Part shown: one piece after another, positions 53,601 through 61,165 of the stretch
How the letters are laid out: each line of letters begins with the position of its first letter
Position numbering within the stretch: position 1 is the first letter of the stretch
Source: an uncultured Acidobacteriota bacterium
Lineage (GTDB): Bacteria > Acidobacteriota > Vicinamibacteria > Vicinamibacterales > JAKQTR01
DNA: 64,000 bases
Direction of reading: 5' to 3'
NCBI GenBank assembly: GCA_963700065.1
Contig: CAVOWJ010000014.1
Coordinates: 35,692-99,691 of the forward strand
The notes under the pieces: model-generated
The model's database searches: none
Seen by the model: only the letters and a program-made list of their open reading frames with translations
What the model was told of the DNA's origin: nothing
Position numbers and translations under genes: made by a program

Positions 53601-53992
53601 AAAGGCGCGGGTGATCGAGCCGGCTCGCCGCCGCGCGGTTCGAGGGCGATGACGAGCGCCACGCCGTCCGCGTCGAGGCGGTCCACCTCGACGACGCCCG
53701 TCAGCACGCGGGGTGACAGCGCGGCTTCCACGTGGCGCACACGAAGGAGTGGTGCGCCCGTCGATCCGCGCCGGCTGATCTGCAGGCCCTCGACCGTGGC
53801 GGTCAGGCGGAAGAGGTTGTAGTCGAGCGCGGACGCGGAATAGTCGAACGACGAGCCCTCGCTCAACCGGGTGGTGACCTCGCGCAGCACCCTCCCGCGC
53901 GCCCACGACGAATGAAGCACGGCCGCGAGCACCGCCAGACCGGCGCCCAGCACCAGCAGACGGAGGGCCCACCGGATCGCGGCTCGCTTCAC
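47663..53992 (-). CDS. TamB/AsmA-like (DUF490) - POTRA - Omp85 (TamA/BamA-like) fusion protein, 2109 aa
   Basis: N-terminal TM anchor; long beta-strand-rich AsmA-like region; DUF490-like TSDPPLSQRDVQSLLVTG; about 5 POTRA-like repeats; barrel motifs DARDKPFDASRG, GGSTTVRGY, GFGIR...PIRIDVG and FHFSIGQIF. Confidence 0.88.
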   Translation of the reverse strand: MKRAAIRWALRLLVLGAGLAVLAAVLHSSWARGRVLREVTTRLSEGSSFDYSASALDYNLFRLTATVEGLQISRRGSTGAPLLRVRHVEAALSPRVLTGVVEVDRLDADGVALVIALEPRGGEPARSPAPFKVPAFTVSQAVVRHADLEFIDQDGIGHLRARDVTLEVRGNGPRRLAGQFRVAGGLSLDSDDARVRVDRLEGRATLDGDAIGAEPRSAVVGTARLALDGSVVFTGPSPQFDLGISGAFDVSNVGPWFPALPAGSGALQLDGRVTGPLNDPQFTYSVRSAGVSLPDIRLPASAAEGRISRTGIYVDRLRTGVGKGWVEASGRLPLGPADANSRFSLKWASVSIAGLRRVFPLLPADPIGVVATGSAQVHWPGMALGFETVAGEVTSELWLAPDLPPARVTVDAAPGRWSVRGRQELAGGTAADLEATITVNPAAISASPVAGTLHVSSAHAQEALTEARLAFPDLPDAAAWIADAPLTLDGTVDGTLGEPRFSGAAASGALRLLALPPLAASADFVATPSRLEVAKLTGDNGMGNRVEGSASFDFDSAVTTGAFTARIENPGQVLKTVLGAATGTPADEALTAGGSFAIAGDWKGPVADPVVSVTAGATDVSLENEAFRLERGTVEGRVDGPLSNPEATVRITAAAVRAASLTPVPAEAQLSLASGRIELAAKLPDWAASVTGHALVQAPHAFTATLSIADLATDRFRTLVGAQDLDALGGGSISATVEASGDFDRRRVLLAGHASLSGAGINSGGTSFVEALDATADIRDGRLWLSRLTGRGFGGPLSASGDLPLNWVEDYLPEGWRVDETPAAPKPASFDLRAEPDVKTLGAWLRPDEPGTMTGSLRLSVSGTASAPSIGAIDGRMVLEPDTVTVRDVPFTLPRAAEVRIENGRATVDDVAITAPGTTASVSGSLGLTGERVVDADVSASGALGFLSSLIPGRLAGAFKGSFKASGPVADPVVRGNLSLEDAAWVWQEQRLALRDWSGEATLSAKALTIERLEGQVNGGDASVSGSVQLGGQGGAGLTMRVRDAFVEVVKGLRSQADAELTLTSADDGARLSGKVTVTSGAYREPITAMARLFSSPRTPAAAPAGGSSALDGVALDVELTASSPIIIDNSAGHLDLVPSMTLKGTLAEPLIFGSLNMVDEGRLTLMGRTFRLSEGRVVFPGAGDPAVQLIGETRVGDYQVTLRTQGPVTDMEATYTSDPPLSQRDVQSLLVTGRTTDASATKSNADEEFVLGTASSDLLGIAGQMVGLDSVQLGRGDFELGSSDVSPAMRLTVSKRLNARTSLVLSQDLENNKLTWIAILSPRRGYEVRLSQRDNVEEVIEFRQEIAFGPGVSPPSSAGLRKRVKGPRVSDVSFTGELGFPASELASVTKLKRSDEFDAGRWQADRERLEGFYRDRGHAVARIAQSRTFGRDADRELVALTYRIDRGPRTSLAVEGIDLDDDERESLMRAWSASVLPEFVKDDLTREVRGLLASRGHLRPTMTVSVDATDPDVYRASVTVDGGPETRTRELTFEGVQALGEAELRAALEDRVDLAAAWVDPAPLVDAVKALYEERGRSGTRVAADPIAFEGGTAALRIRVREAPAAVLGEIILTGIAQERDGAVRASLGIAPGTSVEPSTELDARRRLERFYLDRGFRSAKVATTRSLDAEGRVTMGFAVTEGPMSVVTGLMFEGLQATKQAFAAGAVTLKPGDPAGQQDAADTQKQLYGLGVFRRADVSFEPAPAAAPTVEGAVPVNVKVSLEEARRYQLRYGVQLSNEYGPIFEDFTSAVGVAADVRDRNFLGRAFGLGASGRLEKNLQSLRGQFSLPPLLSQRLQTSLFATIRSETDTSEQDISYTDKERDITFEQRFRLPRRMEVSWGYSYNLRDVEFLAPEGTVSAELKGVLASLNGTFVLDARDKPFDASRGWFQSSNFQWGLEPLGSDLNYFRILLRQFYYKPAGPLIFASGVRWGWLHGLGDYTGLPPITIFDRFFDAGGSTTVRGYAEDSLSAFEVFGVPVGGSKLLLLNQEVRFRLFSKWLQGAVFIDAGNTFRPGTSIRLDELAVGTGFGIRVMTPFAPIRIDVGYPLDRRPEDRSYRFHFSIGQIF

Positions 53993-53994
53993 AT

Positions 53995-54738
53995 CTACTT
54001 CTTCAATTGCGCAGCCACGGCCTCGGCGGCCTTCTTCACCGCTTCGGGATCCCCGAGGTAGTAGTTCTTGATCGGCTTCAGGTCGTCGGTCAGCTCATAC
54101 ACCAGCGGGATGCCCGTCGGGATGTTCAGGCCGACGATGTCCGCGTCTGGGATGTTGTCGAGGTACTTCACGAGCGCGCGCAGGCTGTTGCCGTGCGCGG
54201 TGATGAGCACGCGCTGCCCGGAGCGTACCGCCGGCGCGACGGTTTCGTGCCAGAACGGCAGAAAGCGGGCGACGGTGTCTTTCAGGCACTCGGTCAGCGG
54301 CAGGTCGGCCGGGGCAAGGCCGGCGTACCGCGGGTCGCGGCTCGGGTGCCGCGGGTCGTCCGGCGTCAGGGCGGGCGGCGGAATGTCGTAGCTCCGGCGC
54401 CAGAGGTTGGTCTGCTCCATGCCGTGTTTCGCCGCCGTCTCGGCCTTGTTGAGGCCCTGCAGCGCCCCGTAGTGCCGCTCGTTGAGGCGCCAGGTGTTGT
54501 GCACCGGAATCCACATCTGGTCCAGCTGTTCGAGCGCAATCCAGAGCGTCTTGATGGCTCGCTTCAGCACCGACGTATAGGCCACGTCAAACACGTACCC
54601 TTCATCGCGCAGCGCCCGGCCTCCTGCGATGGCCTCCTCGACGCCCTTCTCACTCAGATCCACGTCGGTCCAGCCGGTGAACCGGTTCTCCTTGTTCCAG
54701 GTGCTTTCTCCGTGACGAACGAGAACGAGTTTCTTCAT
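53995..54738 (-). CDS. gpmA: 2,3-bisphosphoglycerate-dependent phosphoglycerate mutase
   Basis: Motifs [21 protein letters not shown] and AHGNSLR. Confidence 0.97.
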   Translation of the reverse strand: MKKLVLVRHGESTWNKENRFTGWTDVDLSEKGVEEAIAGGRALRDEGYVFDVAYTSVLKRAIKTLWIALEQLDQMWIPVHNTWRLNERHYGALQGLNKAETAAKHGMEQTNLWRRSYDIPPPALTPDDPRHPSRDPRYAGLAPADLPLTECLKDTVARFLPFWHETVAPAVRSGQRVLITAHGNSLRALVKYLDNIPDADIVGLNIPTGIPLVYELTDDLKPIKNYYLGDPEAVKKAAEAVAAQLKK

Positions 54739-54773
54739 GACGCGTCCAGACCCCCTGCTTTATGATCGCCGAA

Positions 54774-54834
54774 AAAAGGGGACAGGCCCCTTATTCGTTC
54801 CGCTGCTCCAAGAAAAAGGGGCCTGTCCCCTTTT
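54774..54834. repeat. Perfect 19-bp inverted repeat with internally palindromic arms (REP-like, possibly a terminator)
   Basis: AAAAGGGGACAGGCCCCTT-N23-AAGGGGCCTGTCCCCTTTT. Confidence 0.75.
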
Positions 54835-54835
54835 C

Positions 54836-55924
54836 TCACCCTTCCGCCGGCTCGTCGCGGTCGGCCGAATCGCCCGGCACCGCCGCGGCTTCCGGGGCCC
54901 CTGCCGGGTCCACGTCCTGCCGAGCCACCAGCCGATCGGCCACCCAGCCGAGGGCGGCCTCGTCGCCCCGCGCCAGCAGCGCCTCGAGCGGCGACCGCGC
55001 GAAGGCCGACGACTCGCGCGTCTGCATGCCGGGCCACGAGCCGTCGGCGCGGCGCGGCGCGTAACGGCACCAGAACCCCAGGTGCCACACGAGGAACTCG
55101 CGCAGGCGCGTCAGCCCGTGCTCGTCCTCGCCCCAGTGTTCGCGGGCGAGCTCGACATAGCGCCGGTAGATGGCGAGCCGCTCGTCCGCGCGGATGTCCC
55201 AGTAGCCGTCCAGCGCTTCCTTGAAGAGCCACGGCTTGATGAGCGCGCCGCGCCCGGCCATGACAGCCACACATCCCGACCTGGCTCTCGCCTCCGCGAT
55301 CTCGTGCGGAAACAGGATGTCGCCGTTGCCCACCACGGGCACCGGCACGGCGGCCGCCACTTCCCCGATCGCATCCCAGTCGGCGGACTGGCGGTACCGG
55401 GCGTCCCGCGTCCGGCCGTGCACGATGACGGCGTCGGCCCCTCCCTCCACGGCGGCCCGGGCCTGCTCCAGGTAGTTCCGATCGCCGTCGTTCCACCCCA
55501 GGCGGATCTTCGCCGTGACCGGCACCGCCGCGACCGCGCGCTTCATGGCTTCCACGATGCGCCGGATGCGCTTGGGCTGGCGGCCCAGGGCCGCGCCCAT
55601 CCCCTTGCGGGTGAAATGATCGATGGGGCAGCCGAAGTTGACGTCCACCAGGTCCGCCCCGCGTGACTCGACCAGGGCCGCCGCCCACCCCATCTCCTCC
55701 GGGTCGGTGCCCGCCAGCTGCACGCCGAAGAACGGCTCGTCGGGGGCGCGCCTGATCAGGGCGAACTCGCCCCGGCGCTTCTGCTTGAGGCGGCGGGCCA
55801 CCGTCATCTCGCTCATGAGCACCCGCGCGCCAAGCTCGGCGCACAGGCGCCGGTACGGCAGGTTGCCGCCCCTGGTCATCGGGGCCAGCACCACCGTCCC
55901 CTCGAGCCGCTGCCGGAGGTCCAT
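54836..55924 (-). CDS. tRNA-dihydrouridine synthase family protein
   Basis: Motifs LAPMT, DVNFGCP, KIRLG, VHGRT and GNGDI. Confidence 0.9.
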   Translation of the reverse strand: MDLRQRLEGTVVLAPMTRGGNLPYRRLCAELGARVLMSEMTVARRLKQKRRGEFALIRRAPDEPFFGVQLAGTDPEEMGWAAALVESRGADLVDVNFGCPIDHFTRKGMGAALGRQPKRIRRIVEAMKRAVAAVPVTAKIRLGWNDGDRNYLEQARAAVEGGADAVIVHGRTRDARYRQSADWDAIGEVAAAVPVPVVGNGDILFPHEIAEARARSGCVAVMAGRGALIKPWLFKEALDGYWDIRADERLAIYRRYVELAREHWGEDEHGLTRLREFLVWHLGFWCRYAPRRADGSWPGMQTRESSAFARSPLEALLARGDEAALGWVADRLVARQDVDPAGAPEAAAVPGDSADRDEPAEG

Positions 55925-56038
55925 CCTCTAATCGTAGCCGTATTTGAACTCCCTGACCGGAGCCGTCGTCCAATGGGTAGAATGGTCACTCCGGGGCAGC
56001 CCCGGGGTATGCCTTCTCGCGAAAGGACTCCTCCTGCC

Positions 56039-56716
56039 ATGAAGCGGATGATCGGCGGACTGTTGCTGGTGGGCCTGGTCTTGACGTCGTCGCCGGCGGC
56101 AGCGGGCGACAAGCCGTGGTCGTTCAGCCTCGGGGGCGGCGTGGCCGTGCCCGTGGGCGGGGCGGGCGACAGCCTCGGTTCCGGCGGCCAGGTGACGCTT
56201 GGGTTCGGTTACAGGGTCCGGCCGCAGATCGAGGTGTTCGGCGAGTACAACTTCTCGAGCCTCGGCGACAAGACGCTCACGCTTCCGCAGCCCCTCATCA
56301 CCGGGGCCCAGAGCTTCTCCGGAAACGGCTGGTTTCAGTACGGCGGCGGCGGCGTGACCTTCACACCGTGGCAGTCCGAGAAGTCCAGCGTGTACGTGCT
56401 TGGGGGCGCGGGGGTCTACTACCGCTCGGTCTACGTCACCACGCCGGCCACCGGGCTGGTCACCGTCTGCAGGCCGGACTGGTTCATCTGCTACCCGACG
56501 CCGGTCACCGTCGATCAGGTCGTCGCCTCGCGCAACACCACCGATCCCGGAGTGAGCTTCGGCGGCGGGTTCACGTACCGGCTGAGCGCCCTCGCGTCGT
56601 TCTACGTCGAGGCCCGGTACCACTACGTGTGGGGCCCCGACGTGCCGACGTCGACGGGCGGCACCGAGAAGGCCGACGCGCAGTTCTTCCCCATCACGTT
56701 CGGGTTCCGGTTCTAG
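56039..56716 (+). CDS. Small outer-membrane beta-barrel protein
   Basis: Signal peptide; YVLGGAGVY and FYVEARYHY; C-terminal PITFGFRF. Confidence 0.8.
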   Translation: MKRMIGGLLLVGLVLTSSPAAAGDKPWSFSLGGGVAVPVGGAGDSLGSGGQVTLGFGYRVRPQIEVFGEYNFSSLGDKTLTLPQPLITGAQSFSGNGWFQYGGGGVTFTPWQSEKSSVYVLGGAGVYYRSVYVTTPATGLVTVCRPDWFICYPTPVTVDQVVASRNTTDPGVSFGGGFTYRLSALASFYVEARYHYVWGPDVPTSTGGTEKADAQFFPITFGFRF

Positions 56717-56738
56717 CGGCCGCACCTGCCAGCACGCC

Positions 56739-56763
56739 CCGGGGTCTGAAGACCCCGGCTCCA
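56739..56763. repeat. REP-like palindrome (TGGAG-foot family)
   Basis: CCGGGGTCTGAAGACCCCGGCTCCA. Confidence 0.7.
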
Positions 56764-56822
56764 CCGACCGCGTTTCTCTGCTAAGCTGGCGTGAGGTCAG
56801 CGCTACATCTGAGGTCATCGCC

Positions 56823-57359
56823 ATGTTGAGACAGCTCCGCGCGGTCGTGTGGGTTGTGCTGCCGGCCGTGGTGCTGGCGACGGTGTCGGCCTGTGCCACG
56901 TCCCGCCCGCGCCAGCGCCCGGTCGAGGGAGGCCCCGTCAACGCCGGCCCCGGCTCGCTCGAATCGGTCCGCCGGCAGCTCGAGGGCACCTGGAACCTCG
57001 TGTCGGCCGAGGTCGTGTCGGGCGCCGGTGTGCGGACGACGGTCAAGGCCACCGCCGTGCTCAGCTACGACGCCTTCGGCAACCTGTCGCTCAAGGGCAC
57101 GTACGACGATCCCGCCGCAACGGCCGAGCAGAAGGCGGGATTGAACTTCACGGGCCGCGCGGTCATCGACACCCAGCGCCAGGTGCTCCGCCTGCTCGAC
57201 GTCCAGCAGTCGGAAGGGGAGTTCGCCGCCCTTCCACCCGACATGGCTGCGCTCCGCGAGCGCGCATACGCGTTCCAGGGCGATCTGCTCACGCTCACGG
57301 TGAAGGACTCGACGGGCCGTGTGACCGCGGTGAACACCTGGCGCAGGCAGGCCAGGTAG
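56823..57359 (+). CDS. Lipocalin-like lipoprotein
   Basis: Lipobox VSAC; LEGTWNLVS; C-terminal TWRR. Confidence 0.7.
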   Translation: MLRQLRAVVWVVLPAVVLATVSACATSRPRQRPVEGGPVNAGPGSLESVRRQLEGTWNLVSAEVVSGAGVRTTVKATAVLSYDAFGNLSLKGTYDDPAATAEQKAGLNFTGRAVIDTQRQVLRLLDVQQSEGEFAALPPDMAALRERAYAFQGDLLTLTVKDSTGRVTAVNTWRRQAR

Positions 57360-57361
57360 TC

Positions 57362-58078
57362 GTGCCCGCGTACGGCGATCGCGTCGAGTACGCGGTCAGG
57401 CGCAAGGTGCGCGAGCGGAACACGCTCAGGTATCGCATCCTGCACTGGCCGGTCTGGGCGTGGGTGTACTTCCTGCTCCCGGGACCGCTCGTCGCGAGCC
57501 TCTTTCATCGCGGGTTCGATTCGCGCCTGGCCGTCTGGATCGCCTGCGTCCTCGCGGGCACCGCCGTCGCGGCGTATTTCGGAAAGCTGCCGGGCACCGA
57601 AACGCGCCCGTACGTGATGTTCTTCACGGAAGACAAACCGAATCCGGGCTACCGCCGGGTCTGCTACACGATGGCGTGGGGCGTCATCGCGGCGTACCCC
57701 GCCGTGAACATCACCGGCATCCTCGTCGCCCTCCTCTCTGGGCGCTGGATGATGCACCAGCTCTACGCCACGCTCTTCCTGCCCGTGATGGCGGGCATGT
57801 GGCTGGCCGGCGCGCTCGGCAAGCTCCCGCGCACCAAGCCGTCGGTGCAGTTCGAGGGCTACGAGCGCCGCGTGTTCTACGGCGCGGTCTGGACGGTCAC
57901 CGTCGCCCAGGTCGTGCTCTGGGGCCTCTGGAAGGCGCTGCCGCGCGACCCCGCCGCCGACGCCGCGATGCTCGCCGTGTTCGCGGCGCTCATCGCCCTG
58001 ATGGGGTGGCTGGCCTGGCGCGGCTACCTTCCGCGCACCCGTCCCATCGTTCCCGGCGAGCCCCTCACCCTCGACTGA
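57362..58078 (+). CDS. Hypothetical membrane protein
   Basis: About 6 TM helices; repeated G-K/Y-LP-x-T motif (GKLPGTE, GKLPRTK, GYLPRTR). Confidence 0.65.
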   Translation: MPAYGDRVEYAVRRKVRERNTLRYRILHWPVWAWVYFLLPGPLVASLFHRGFDSRLAVWIACVLAGTAVAAYFGKLPGTETRPYVMFFTEDKPNPGYRRVCYTMAWGVIAAYPAVNITGILVALLSGRWMMHQLYATLFLPVMAGMWLAGALGKLPRTKPSVQFEGYERRVFYGAVWTVTVAQVVLWGLWKALPRDPAADAAMLAVFAALIALMGWLAWRGYLPRTRPIVPGEPLTLD

Positions 58079-58118
58079 TCCCGGAGCTCACATCGGTTGG
58101 TGAGGTTCGCTCCGCTCA

Positions 58119-58143
58119 CGCAGGCTGAAGCCTGCGGGCTCCA
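58119..58143. repeat. REP-like palindrome (TGGAG-foot family)
   Basis: CGCAGGCTGAAGCCTGCGGGCTCCA. Confidence 0.6.
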
Positions 58144-58177
58144 TGCCGGCGCTTCACCGACCGAAGCGAGCGCCGGT

Positions 58178-59854
58178 CTAGCCAGGCATCTTGATCGGCA
58201 GCGCCTCCGACGCTGTTGTGTCCGTCCTCACGTACATCGTCTGCGACGGGAACGCCAAACCGGTCCCCGCGTACTTCACGATGCCCATGATGCGCATCAG
58301 CAGCTCTTCCTGCACCGCGAGAAACGACGGGTAGTCCGCCGCTTTCACGTACGCGAACACCTCGACGTCCAGCGAGTACGCGCCGAAGCGCGCCAGCCGC
58401 ACGCGCAGCGTCTCGTTTTCGACGCGAGTGTCGGTGGTCAGGCTCTCCCGGATGTCGGTCGCCACGCGCTGGAGCTGTTCGAGCGTCGTCTCGTACCGCA
58501 GCCCGACGACCGGGTTGAACAGGAACTTGTCGCGGCGGCTCAGGTTCTCGACTTCCATCGTGGCCAGCGTGCCGTTCGGCACGTAGACGACCGTGCGGCT
58601 CACGGTGCGCAGCTGCATCGATCGCAAGCCGACGTCCAGCACTTCTCCCGTGTACTGGCCGATCTTGCAGACGTCGCCCACGACGATGCTGCGATCGCTC
58701 AGGACGAGGATGCCGCTGAAGATGTTCTCGAGCGTCTTCTGGGACGCGAAGGCCAGGGCCACGCCGCCGATGCCCAGGCCGGCGAGCGTCGCGGTGAGAT
58801 CGACGCCGAAGGCGGCGAGGCCGGCCAGCACCGCGATGGCGAGCGCCACGCCCTTGAGCAGGCGGCGGCCGAGCACGTGGACCGACTGGGCCGTCTGCGG
58901 ATGATCGGCCAGCAGGCGGTTCCGCACCCGCTCGGCGACCAGGTCCACCGCCCGCCAGAGCCACCAGACGATGCCGGCGAGCAGCAGGACGGTCATGGTC
59001 CGCGAGTAGTACTGGCGGTGGAGCAGCGGGATGCCGACGTGTGGCGAAATGAGGCGGTGGAGACCGAGCGTGATCAGGAAGGCCGACGGCCGGGACAGCG
59101 CCCGCCACCCCCGCGACCGGCGGAGCGGCACCGACAGGCCGCTCAACCTGAATGCGAGCCGGTAGACCCCCACCAGCGTCCACAAGAGCAGCTTGGAGAC
59201 CGCATACAGGATCGGGACAAGCGCGAGCAGCGCCAGCGGCACCCAGAGCGGCAGTTCACCGAGGCTCGCGGCGGTCAGGAATCTCGGGAGCCGCCGTTCG
59301 ATTTGCGGCAGGCCGGCGTGCTCGTGCATGCGCGGGACGTCGGCCACCGTGTCGGCCGCGATCAGCCAGATGTGGGGCCCCTTCTCCTGCGCTACGCGCG
59401 TGAGGTAGATGTCCACCCGCTCGCCGTTGGCCAGCACCGCGGTTCCCGCACGCTCGCGGTCAATCGCCAGCCCGTCGTTGGGGTTGCCCCCCTGGTCACG
59501 GCTCAGCCAATCGATGTTGCCCTCGAACCCGTGGTTGAGCACGAAACGGAGCTGGTCGGCGGCCTCCTCCTTGGCAATCGGCATCTTCTGCCGAGGCCAT
59601 TGCAGGTATTCGGCAGCCACGGCGCGGTTGCCCCGCTGAGACGACTCGACGAACCCCATGAAGGCGCCCCGCGGAGTCTCGCGACGAAGCGGGTCTTCGG
59701 CGGGCGCTGCGGCGGGCGCCGCGGAGGGTGCAGCGGCGGGCGCTGCGGCAGGCGCCTGCGCGTCCTGTGACCGGGCCGGGCGCGCGGAGGCGGCGAGGCC
59801 GAGGATGATGAGCAACGCGGCGAGGCCGGCTCGCCGGCGCCTGGGCATGAACAT
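58178..59854 (-). CDS. MscS-family channel (YnaI-like) with a periplasmic domain
   Basis: Motifs LAGLGIGGVALAFASQKTLENIFSG, VGLRS, VPNG and LAFPSQT. Confidence 0.88.
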   Translation of the reverse strand: MFMPRRRRAGLAALLIILGLAASARPARSQDAQAPAAAPAAAPSAAPAAAPAEDPLRRETPRGAFMGFVESSQRGNRAVAAEYLQWPRQKMPIAKEEAADQLRFVLNHGFEGNIDWLSRDQGGNPNDGLAIDRERAGTAVLANGERVDIYLTRVAQEKGPHIWLIAADTVADVPRMHEHAGLPQIERRLPRFLTAASLGELPLWVPLALLALVPILYAVSKLLLWTLVGVYRLAFRLSGLSVPLRRSRGWRALSRPSAFLITLGLHRLISPHVGIPLLHRQYYSRTMTVLLLAGIVWWLWRAVDLVAERVRNRLLADHPQTAQSVHVLGRRLLKGVALAIAVLAGLAAFGVDLTATLAGLGIGGVALAFASQKTLENIFSGILVLSDRSIVVGDVCKIGQYTGEVLDVGLRSMQLRTVSRTVVYVPNGTLATMEVENLSRRDKFLFNPVVGLRYETTLEQLQRVATDIRESLTTDTRVENETLRVRLARFGAYSLDVEVFAYVKAADYPSFLAVQEELLMRIMGIVKYAGTGLAFPSQTMYVRTDTTASEALPIKMPG

Positions 59855-59898
59855 GATCTGGCTCCGGCAGCCATTCTACCCGAGGCCCGTGCGCCCCT

Positions 59899-61161
59899 TC
59901 AGAACTTGAAGCCGGCCATCACGTGCACCCGTGTGCCGCTGTCGAAGCCGTAGGCGACATCGACCTCGAACTGGAAGAGCGGGACCCGCAGGTACCATCC
60001 GCCGCCGGCGCCGTACTCGAAGCGCGCGTCGGCCAGCGCCACGCCGTGCGCGTACGCGGCGCCCAGGTCGCCGAAGATCTTCAGCCCCGTCTGGCCGAGG
60101 CGCAGGGGTGAATGGAACGGCACGCGAAGCTCGACCGAGGCGTTGGCCGCATTGTCGCCGGTGAACGCGCCGGCCCTGAATCCGCGCAGCGAGCCGAAGC
60201 CGCCCACCAGCGCGCGTTCGTACACCGGCAACGGCCCGTCGGCCGTCTCGGTGCGCGCCCGCAGGGCCAGCACGCTCGAGCCGATGAGCCCCAGGTACGC
60301 CTGGCCGTCGAGGGTGTACCGGTTCACGGTGGGCCCGGAGTCCGGCGACAGCCCCTCCCAGGCGGCGCTGGCGAAGACCGCGTTGCGCGGGAACGACGGG
60401 TTGACGCGGGTGTCCAGCGAAAGGCTGGCGCCGCCGGTGACCAGTTGATCGTGCACGTCGCCGAAGGACACGTCGGCCCAGCCGGCCCGGGTGCTCGCGT
60501 TCAGCACGCGCGCGAACCGGCGGGATCCCTCCACCCAGAACTGGTTGCGCAGATCGCGGATGTCATAGCCGGGGTTCTCGCGGCTGATGATGCGGTATCC
60601 GCCGTGCAGGCGGCCTCCCGACGCGGTGCCGAACGTCTTGTCGAGCTCGATGCCGGCCTGCCGCGTCGAGCCGACGCTGAGGGGCGCGATGATGTGCCCG
60701 CCCTTGCCGAGCACGTTGACGAAGCTGAGGCGGCCGCCCGCGATGATCCCGTAGCCGTCGACGTATTCCAACGATGGCGACGCCATCAACGCGTTGCGGA
60801 CCCGCTTCAGGGGGCCGGGCATCTCGCCGCCCTTCTCGACGCCGGGGCGCTCGGTGACGGCGATAATGACCGAAACCTGCGACGCGTCGTCGAGCGAGCG
60901 GTAGCGCTTGCGGACGTCGACCGCGTCGAACCGGCCGCTTTGCCGCAGGCGGCCGGCGGCCGCGTCGATCGCGCCGGCTTCGAGAGGACTGCCGACCGCG
61001 ATCCCGGCGAGCTTCAGCACCTCGTCGTCGGGCGTGCGGTAGTTGCCGTGGATGCGGACCTCGGCGACCACCTCGGGCCCCGCGGTCTGCGCCAGGGCGG
61101 GGGCGCAGCCGGCGGCCAGCAGCAGCACGGCCACGAGCAGGCGAGCCATCGGGCGCGGCAT
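59899..61161 (-). CDS. Omp85-family protein with a single POTRA domain
   Basis: Signal peptide; POTRA VAEVRIHGNYRT...LRQSGRF; barrel motifs LDTR and GGFGSLRGF; C-terminal AGFKF. Confidence 0.8.
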   Translation of the reverse strand: MPRPMARLLVAVLLLAAGCAPALAQTAGPEVVAEVRIHGNYRTPDDEVLKLAGIAVGSPLEAGAIDAAAGRLRQSGRFDAVDVRKRYRSLDDASQVSVIIAVTERPGVEKGGEMPGPLKRVRNALMASPSLEYVDGYGIIAGGRLSFVNVLGKGGHIIAPLSVGSTRQAGIELDKTFGTASGGRLHGGYRIISRENPGYDIRDLRNQFWVEGSRRFARVLNASTRAGWADVSFGDVHDQLVTGGASLSLDTRVNPSFPRNAVFASAAWEGLSPDSGPTVNRYTLDGQAYLGLIGSSVLALRARTETADGPLPVYERALVGGFGSLRGFRAGAFTGDNAANASVELRVPFHSPLRLGQTGLKIFGDLGAAYAHGVALADARFEYGAGGGWYLRVPLFQFEVDVAYGFDSGTRVHVMAGFKF

Positions 61162-61165
61162 CGGG

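Noticed and set aside
59700-59765. Short tandem repeat (APAA)n in the MscS gene
   Set aside because: An ordinary Ala/Pro linker after the signal peptide, not a DNA repeat element.
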